Part shown: in pieces, positions 58,556 to 64,000 of the stretch
Layout of the letters: each line of letters opens with the position of its first letter
How positions within the stretch are numbered: the stretch's first letter is position 1
NCBI GenBank assembly: GCA_902826835.1
Contig: CADEGH010000023.1
Location: 6,220-70,219, forward strand
Origin: an uncultured bacterium
Lineage (GTDB): Bacteria; Planctomycetota; GCA-002687715
Reading direction: 5' to 3'
Length of the DNA: 64,000 bases
Position numbers and translations under genes: made by a program
Notes under the pieces: generated by a model
What the model was told of the DNA's origin: nothing
Seen by the model: the letters and a program-made list of their open reading frames with translations, nothing else
The model's database searches: none

Positions 58556-61500
58556 TCAGGTGTCGAACTCGAGCACGGCGGTCTGGGCGGCGATCGCGCC
58601 TCCGTTCAGGACGATGAAGATCGCATCGACCTGAATACCGGCGGGAGCGATGCCGGGCGGAGCATCGAGGCGGGCCGAGCCGTCGACGTCCAAGATCCCG
58701 AACCAAGGGGGAGTGGTGCTGAGGGTCAAGTAGTTGTCGATCGCGTCGAGGCCGAGCCCGAAGACCGGCCCGGTGCCCCCGAGGTGCCCACCGCTGAAGG
58801 TGAAGCTCCAGGCCTGTCCCGCCATCGTCGAGCCGCCATTCATGATGATCGTGAGGCCCTGGCCGGCCGCAGTGTCATTGACCCGGACTCCGAAGGGGCC
58901 GGCCGCGGTTCCGATTCCGACCGAACCCGTGAACCCACCGCCGGCGTTGTTAGACCCCATGGTCCGGTTCGTGACGGCCTGCCAGTCACTCCCGACATGG
59001 GAGTCCTGGGTGGTGCTGATGCGAGCGACCGCCACGGTTCCGGGTGCAAACCTGGGAGCTGCCCCCGTGAAATCTTGCGGGTGCGAAGGCGCCCGGGGGT
59101 GGTTGTGCACGATCGGGCCACTGGTCGCGGTCGTCCGCACGGCATCGATGAGACGGCCGTAGGAATCGTAGAGCGCGAGGCTGAACTCCGCGGAGACCAT
59201 CGGGAGGTTGCCGCCGGCCACCGCCTGGAGGTTCACGTAGGGCACGCCGAGCGGGATTTCCGCGGGCGCGGTGGCGTCATCCCCGATCACCAGGAAGTTG
59301 CCGGAGGCCCAGGCGAGCGGATTTGGGAACGGCCGGATTTCGGTGTGCTCGGTATTCTGGCCGGCGCTGGCGAGCAGCGTCCAGTGTTGCAAATCGAGGG
59401 TGGCGATCCCACCGTTACGCAGCTCGACGTAGTCCGGGGAATCGTCGACCTCGGTGATGCGCACGACCGGCACGGGCAAGGGGTCTGTGCCCCTCGGACC
59501 GCTCGACCGATTTTCGAGGCCCATCGAAGAGGCGAACTGCTCGGTCCAATCTGCGCCGGAGTTGGAGTCCAAGCCCCAGATGCGCTCGAGGCTGCCGCCG
59601 AGGGATCCCGCGGTGCGCGTCGCCAATCCCCGGAACGGGCTCCCGAGGGTGCCTTCGGTGTACGTAGCCGACGAGCTCGCGATACGAACCTCGTCCGCGA
59701 CTACGCCGCGAGGCGAAAGCAGAGCGACCACACAGTCCCCGGTCTGAGTCGGAATGTTGCCGGTGAAGGTCGTGAGGGTGGTGGTGCCGACCGGAGTCTC
59801 GGGATAGGTGCCCGCCGAGTCCCGGATGATGATCGAACGGCCGGGCGCCAAGCTGCCGCTCAGCGTGCCGGAGACGGTGGTAGCCCCGTCCTTCCATGTC
59901 ACGCGCCAGCCCGAGAGCGAGCGGGTCACGGTGTCGAAGTTGGTCACTTCGACGCCGTCGACGTTGCCGGTGGTCACCTCGGTGATCATCAGCTTGCGCC
60001 ACTCGGGACGACGATTGAAATCGACGATCCTGGCCAAGCCGGCGTTATCGCAGCGCTCGTCACTCAGGGGTGAGCCGACGATCACTTCGAAGCGTCCATC
60101 GGCATCGAAGTCCCCGGCCGCGGCAACGCTGCGTCCGAATCGTTCGTTGTTGACTTCGCCGGTGTGCGACCCGAGGGCGGCAAAGTCCTCTCCCGACAGA
60201 GCACGGACGTAGCCTGGACCCGAACCGGTTCCGAGCAAGCCGACTCCGGCCTCATCGGCGCCGACCACAACATCCATCCAACCGTCCTGATCGAGGTCGC
60301 CGGCCAACGCCACCGACCGACCGAAACGGTCCCCCGCTTCGGAACCGACTGCTTGCATTACCTGATCCAGAGTGCCTAGACCCACGCGATAGGCCCGCAC
60401 GTATCCGGGGCCCGCGTCGTTGCCGAAGAGGTCACCCGCTTCCGGGGCGCCCGCCACAACCGCGGCGCCAGCCGCGTCCACGCTGTACGGCAACACCGTC
60501 AAGCTCGTGCCGAGTTGGTCCTGCGGCCCGGAGCCGGTCGCGGTGTAGAAGATGCCCGCGGGAGAGATGTAGAGCCGAACGCGGCCGTTGTTGCTGGCGC
60601 CGAAGTTCGGAGCGCCGACCGCCACTTCCGGGATCCCGTCCCCGTTGAAGTCGGCGCCACCCGCCACCGAGGCACCCATCCGTTCGCCGGCCTCGGAGCC
60701 GCCGTAGGTGTTGAGCAGGGCGCCGTTGGTGCCACTGAACGCGTAAGCCGTGCCCGTATCCGCATTCGCGCCGGGAGCGCCAACCAGAAGATCGGGGGTT
60801 CCGTCTCCATTCATGTCGCCAGCGGCCGCCACCGCGTAGCCGTATTCGTCGCCGTTGGCCGCGCCGAGGAAGGTGAGAAGAGCGTTGCCGTTGGTGCCGT
60901 CGAGTACCTGGACCCGACCCCGCGAATTCGAGTGCTCGGGGGCTCCGACGATGAGGTCGTTCACCCCGTCGTTGTTGATGTCGCCCAGATTGGCGAGCGC
61001 AGTGCCATGCGCCGAATCCACCGTCCCGGTGGACACCCACAAAAGTTGCGAGGTCGCTCCCGAGTAGCAGATCACTTCGCCGTCGCCCGAAAGATACTCG
61101 GGCGCACTCACCGCGATGTCGTCGTAGCCGTCGTTGTTCACGTCGCCGAGGCCCACCACCGCGGCGCCGCGCTGTTCACCGGGCAGGAGCCCGTAGAAGC
61201 GGCCGACCACCGGCGCGAGGCTCAGAACGTTGAAGGTCACGGCATTCGAGAGGCCACCGGCGGGAGCCGGGTTTTCGATCTGCACCGTGATGCAGCCGGG
61301 GGTGTCGAGCATCGACTGGGTAGCCGTGAACTGGAACTGCGTCGGGGTGACCCAAGTGCCGGCGACGATTGCGCCGTCCCAGCGCACCCGCGTACCCTGC
61401 ACGCCGAGATTGCTGGGCGAACCGTCGTAGAAGAGGGTGCCGTTGATGGTCACGACGACTGGACCCGCACCTACGAACGCCTGACTCGGAATCATGCTGC

Positions 61501-62266
61501 TGATCGTCGGCGCTGAGGGTGCACCGTAGCGGGCCTGCAGCATGTTGGCGTCGCCGGCCGACATGTATTGGCGCTGGCCGATGATGTTTTGAAACGCGGG
61601 ATCGTCGGTCGTGATCGTGGGAATGCCCCCGATCGCGAAGGCGAAGTCGTTGTAGTGCATGAACGAGGTGTAGTCGTAGGGACCATACATCGTGGCGCCA
61701 AGGCTGATGTTGAAGTTGCCGTTGCAGGATCCGCCACACGCTGTCTGCGAGACCTGTGCGAAATTGACGGTGACAAAGTTGTCGCGATCCGGCCGCTGTT
61801 GCTCGTGCAAGTAACCGAGTGCGTGGCAGAACTCGTGGCAGAGGTGGAAGATGTCATTCCACCGATCCGATCCGACGCTAATGAACTGCTCTCCACCCGC
61901 CATCCCTACCGCGGAGGAGATACTGCAGCTTGCAGGATCACATCCGGTACCCGGATTGGGCCTCACCGTGATGAAGTTGGCTTGATTCGTCCGAGGCACG
62001 AAGTCGATGCCACAGACCGCTTCCATCTCCGACAGGGCTTTGATGATGCTGGCCTGCTGGGGGGCAGTGACTGCCGCGTCGAAGCGATAGGGAACCACGC
62101 CGTTGGTCCAGTCGGTGCCGGCCCCCGCCCCTTCCTGGAGGAAGATCTCCGGCGGTAAGTAACACTCCTGCCCCTCTCCCTGCGCGAGGGAGCGAGCGGG
62201 CAGGAAGAGCGATAGGCAAACCGCCGAGGCCGCGGCAAAACCGGAAAAAGTGCGATGGCGAACCAT
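58556..62266 (-). CDS. Giant secreted astacin-like (M12A) metalloprotease with FG-GAP repeats, two lamin-tail domains and a conserved C-terminal domain (paralog of 50357..54136)
   Basis: The ATG at 62266 gives the signal MVRHRTFSGFAAASAVCLSLFLPARSLAQ (the listed 62290 start is GTG). Zinc site HEFCHALGYLHEQQRPDRD with a Met-turn SFMHY. FG-GAP repeats; LTD-like LMITEVTTGNVDGVEVTNF and VRITEVDDSPDYVELRNGG. The last 18 nt are identical to the 3' end of the paralog. Confidence 0.8.
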   Translation of the reverse strand: MVRHRTFSGFAAASAVCLSLFLPARSLAQGEGQECYLPPEIFLQEGAGAGTDWTNGVVPYRFDAAVTAPQQASIIKALSEMEAVCGIDFVPRTNQANFITVRPNPGTGCDPASCSISSAVGMAGGEQFISVGSDRWNDIFHLCHEFCHALGYLHEQQRPDRDNFVTVNFAQVSQTACGGSCNGNFNISLGATMYGPYDYTSFMHYNDFAFAIGGIPTITTDDPAFQNIIGQRQYMSAGDANMLQARYGAPSAPTISSMIPSQAFVGAGPVVVTINGTLFYDGSPSNLGVQGTRVRWDGAIVAGTWVTPTQFQFTATQSMLDTPGCITVQIENPAPAGGLSNAVTFNVLSLAPVVGRFYGLLPGEQRGAAVVGLGDVNNDGYDDIAVSAPEYLSGDGEVICYSGATSQLLWVSTGTVDSAHGTALANLGDINNDGVNDLIVGAPEHSNSRGRVQVLDGTNGNALLTFLGAANGDEYGYAVAAAGDMNGDGTPDLLVGAPGANADTGTAYAFSGTNGALLNTYGGSEAGERMGASVAGGADFNGDGIPEVAVGAPNFGASNNGRVRLYISPAGIFYTATGSGPQDQLGTSLTVLPYSVDAAGAAVVAGAPEAGDLFGNDAGPGYVRAYRVGLGTLDQVMQAVGSEAGDRFGRSVALAGDLDQDGWMDVVVGADEAGVGLLGTGSGPGYVRALSGEDFAALGSHTGEVNNERFGRSVAAAGDFDADGRFEVIVGSPLSDERCDNAGLARIVDFNRRPEWRKLMITEVTTGNVDGVEVTNFDTVTRSLSGWRVTWKDGATTVSGTLSGSLAPGRSIIIRDSAGTYPETPVGTTTLTTFTGNIPTQTGDCVVALLSPRGVVADEVRIASSSATYTEGTLGSPFRGLATRTAGSLGGSLERIWGLDSNSGADWTEQFASSMGLENRSSGPRGTDPLPVPVVRITEVDDSPDYVELRNGGIATLDLQHWTLLASAGQNTEHTEIRPFPNPLAWASGNFLVIGDDATAPAEIPLGVPYVNLQAVAGGNLPMVSAEFSLALYDSYGRLIDAVRTTATSGPIVHNHPRAPSHPQDFTGAAPRFAPGTVAVARISTTQDSHVGSDWQAVTNRTMGSNNAGGGFTGSVGIGTAAGPFGVRVNDTAAGQGLTIIMNGGSTMAGQAWSFTFSGGHLGGTGPVFGLGLDAIDNYLTLSTTPPWFGILDVDGSARLDAPPGIAPAGIQVDAIFIVLNGGAIAAQTAVLEFDT

Positions 62267-62356
62267 GAAGGTGTCTCCGAGAGGCCCCACAGGTAGGTCG
62301 CCTCTGCCCCCTCGGTTGACGCCCGCGGCCGGATCTGACCAAAAAAATCCTGAGAA

Positions 62357-63904
62357 TCAGGGCGCAGGGTCGTAGACCCACAGCTCGATCGGCCCGGCGA
62401 ACTGTTCGTGCGCTACCAGGACTCGGCCCTCTTTGATCTTCTCGAAAAAAGCCGGCGCCCAGATCGTCTTTTCGGGGTGGACCGTGCGGGTGATGACCAA
62501 GACTCGCGACTGGTCACCCGTGGTCCGGGCGGGCGGGACGGACTTGGGCTCGGACATCGGGAGGTCAGGGGCGTAGGCGCGGTACACCTCGAGGTGCGGG
62601 AAGTAGACCGGCTGGTTCAAGACCGCCGTGTAGAGGCTGGGTCTCCCCGCCCCCCACTCGCGAGCCCGGGCCACCGCGCGGTCGAGCCCCTCCCGAGGCG
62701 CACCGACCACGTGGGCGACGCCCGAAATGGAGCCCAAGACCAGGATGCCGATTACCGCCATTTTGCGGTTGCGTTCCGAGCGGAGGCCTTCGATGGCCGC
62801 CCCGAGCAGGAGCGGCACCATCCACGCGCTGATCGCGAAATACTGAACCGCGACCCGGTTCCAAACGATGGCGGAAGCCGCAGCGAGGAGAAGGGCAGAT
62901 GCAACCCCACCGCCCACCATCGCCCAGAGGCTGCGCCGAAGCCCGGTCCGCTCCCGCCCACCCGCAAGGCCTCGGAGGAGCCCGAAAGCCAAGACGAGGA
63001 GTACCCCCCCCGCCCCTACCATCGCCAGGTGGTTCCAGGGCGTACCCAGCCCATCTCTCATCGGCAGCACCGACCGCAGCGGGACTTGGAGAAGCTCCCC
63101 ACGGTTGCGCTCGACCCGCACCTCCACGGGTACCGCTTTGATCTTGGCCGATCCGAGCGCGAGCTCCGGTTTCTTGAAGACCCAGCGCTCGTCGTACAGC
63201 ACCCAAGGCAGAAACAGCGCTGCCCCCAGGGCGATGGCCGCTCCCGCCCGCCAAGGGCCGAGAGTCGGCGGCGACTTCCGTCGCCAGGCCAAGAGGCTGG
63301 CCACTCCCGCTCCGACCCCCGCGAATGCGGCGAGGTAGTGGGTGTAGAGCCCAAGCGCGACCGCCAGCGTGAGCACCACGAACCGGAGGCGGTGGCTGCC
63401 ACGCGTCGTCACCGCCGCCCAAACCATGAACGCCGCGGCGGTCGCGAGTGGTGCGTAGGGCCGAAGCTCGGTCCCGTACTGGATCTGGAAGGGGATGACC
63501 GCAAATCCGATCGCGACGACAACCCGAGCCCAGCGGGACCAACCAGCCTCCCGCGCAATGAGCAGGAGGGGCACGAGCCCGAGGAGGCCGAGAAGGATCG
63601 GAATGAACCGAAGCAGGTGGGGATTCAGTTCCGCGATCGGATGTAGAAGCAGAAAGAAGAGGGGGGCGTGAAAGTCGGGCCGGAGGCTCTCGCAAACCGC
63701 CGCCGCACTGCCGGCACGTGCGTGCGTGAGCGAGTGCAGCTCATCCAACCAGAGACTCTTGTTGGCCGCCTCCCCGGCGCGCAGGCCAAGCGCCAAGAGG
63801 AGCGCGAGCGCGAGCCAACCGAGCCCCCCGCCTCGCGGATCACGGTCGACCACCCGATCAGAAGCGGCGTCCGGAAGCACAATTGAAGAGGGCTCGGAAT
63901 TCAT
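62357..63904 (-). CDS. Polytopic membrane protein, putative GT39/GT83-like (ArnT/PMT-type) glycosyltransferase
   Basis: 515 aa with more than 10 TM segments. The first extracytoplasmic loop contains a DE motif (LWLDELHSLTHA) and there is a C-terminal soluble domain. It lies 67 nt upstream of the astacin gene on the same strand. Confidence 0.5.
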   Translation of the reverse strand: MNSEPSSIVLPDAASDRVVDRDPRGGGLGWLALALLLALGLRAGEAANKSLWLDELHSLTHARAGSAAAVCESLRPDFHAPLFFLLLHPIAELNPHLLRFIPILLGLLGLVPLLLIAREAGWSRWARVVVAIGFAVIPFQIQYGTELRPYAPLATAAAFMVWAAVTTRGSHRLRFVVLTLAVALGLYTHYLAAFAGVGAGVASLLAWRRKSPPTLGPWRAGAAIALGAALFLPWVLYDERWVFKKPELALGSAKIKAVPVEVRVERNRGELLQVPLRSVLPMRDGLGTPWNHLAMVGAGGVLLVLAFGLLRGLAGGRERTGLRRSLWAMVGGGVASALLLAAASAIVWNRVAVQYFAISAWMVPLLLGAAIEGLRSERNRKMAVIGILVLGSISGVAHVVGAPREGLDRAVARAREWGAGRPSLYTAVLNQPVYFPHLEVYRAYAPDLPMSEPKSVPPARTTGDQSRVLVITRTVHPEKTIWAPAFFEKIKEGRVLVAHEQFAGPIELWVYDPAP

Positions 63905-63936
63905 CGATGGGTCTTCGACGCGGGTAGAGTCTGAAC

Positions 63937-64000
63937 GTGACCGACCCCGCCGTCATTTTTACCCCCGAATACTACGAGCGCCTCAAGGCCATCGAAGGTC
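63937..64000 (+). CDS. Possible 5' end of a gene running out of the window (GTG start)
   Basis: An open frame from GTG 63937 reads VTDPAVIFTPEYYERLKAIEG and diverges from the membrane-protein start at 63904. It is too short to classify. Confidence 0.25.
   Translation, partial: MTDPAVIFTPEYYERLKAIEG

Noticed and set aside
58511-60073. 520-aa ORF antisense to the second astacin/FG-GAP gene
   Set aside because: Same reasoning as for the ORF antisense to the first astacin gene.

Overview
This window is high-GC (about 68-70%) bacterial chromosomal DNA, densely coding on both strands, with no rRNA, CRISPR array, integrase or transposase. Ordinary genes present are: icd (isocitrate dehydrogenase), add (adenosine deaminase), an S9A prolyl oligopeptidase, a CocE/NonD (S15) peptidase, rlmN, UDP-glucose 6-dehydrogenase, an RluB-family pseudouridine synthase, a family-5 ABC substrate-binding protein, an MFS transporter, a YtxJ-like thioredoxin-fold protein and tRNA-Val(UAC). 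Accessory content is also rich. (1) A candidate secreted selenoprotein (32126..32920, minus strand) is built from three heavy-metal-associated (HMA)-like repeats. It has two in-frame TGA codons at equivalent loop positions of repeats 2 and 3, each followed 14-20 nt later by a hairpin with an identical CGUGA apical loop (selenocysteine-insertion-element-like, 'SECIS'). This is the most interesting object in the window. (2) There are two paralogous regulatory modules, each an ECF sigma factor with a membrane-anchored Ser/Thr kinase. One pair is translationally coupled and the other is arranged tail-to-tail. Each sits next to very large secreted proteins that combine an astacin (M12A) metalloprotease domain, FG-GAP beta-propeller repeats and lamin-tail domains; those giant proteins are a recent duplicate pair sharing a conserved C-terminal domain. 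(3) A five-gene operon of unknown function encodes a CapK/PaaK-like adenylating ligase, a DUF362 protein, two tandem paralogous secreted proteins and a DUF2007 protein. (4) A 1357-aa single-chain protein combines DUF4011, an Upf1-like SF1 helicase and a DUF3320 REase-like domain. Many of the longest ORFs in the six-frame track are antisense or off-frame GC artefacts and were rejected. All domain calls come from motif recognition by eye, with no database searches.
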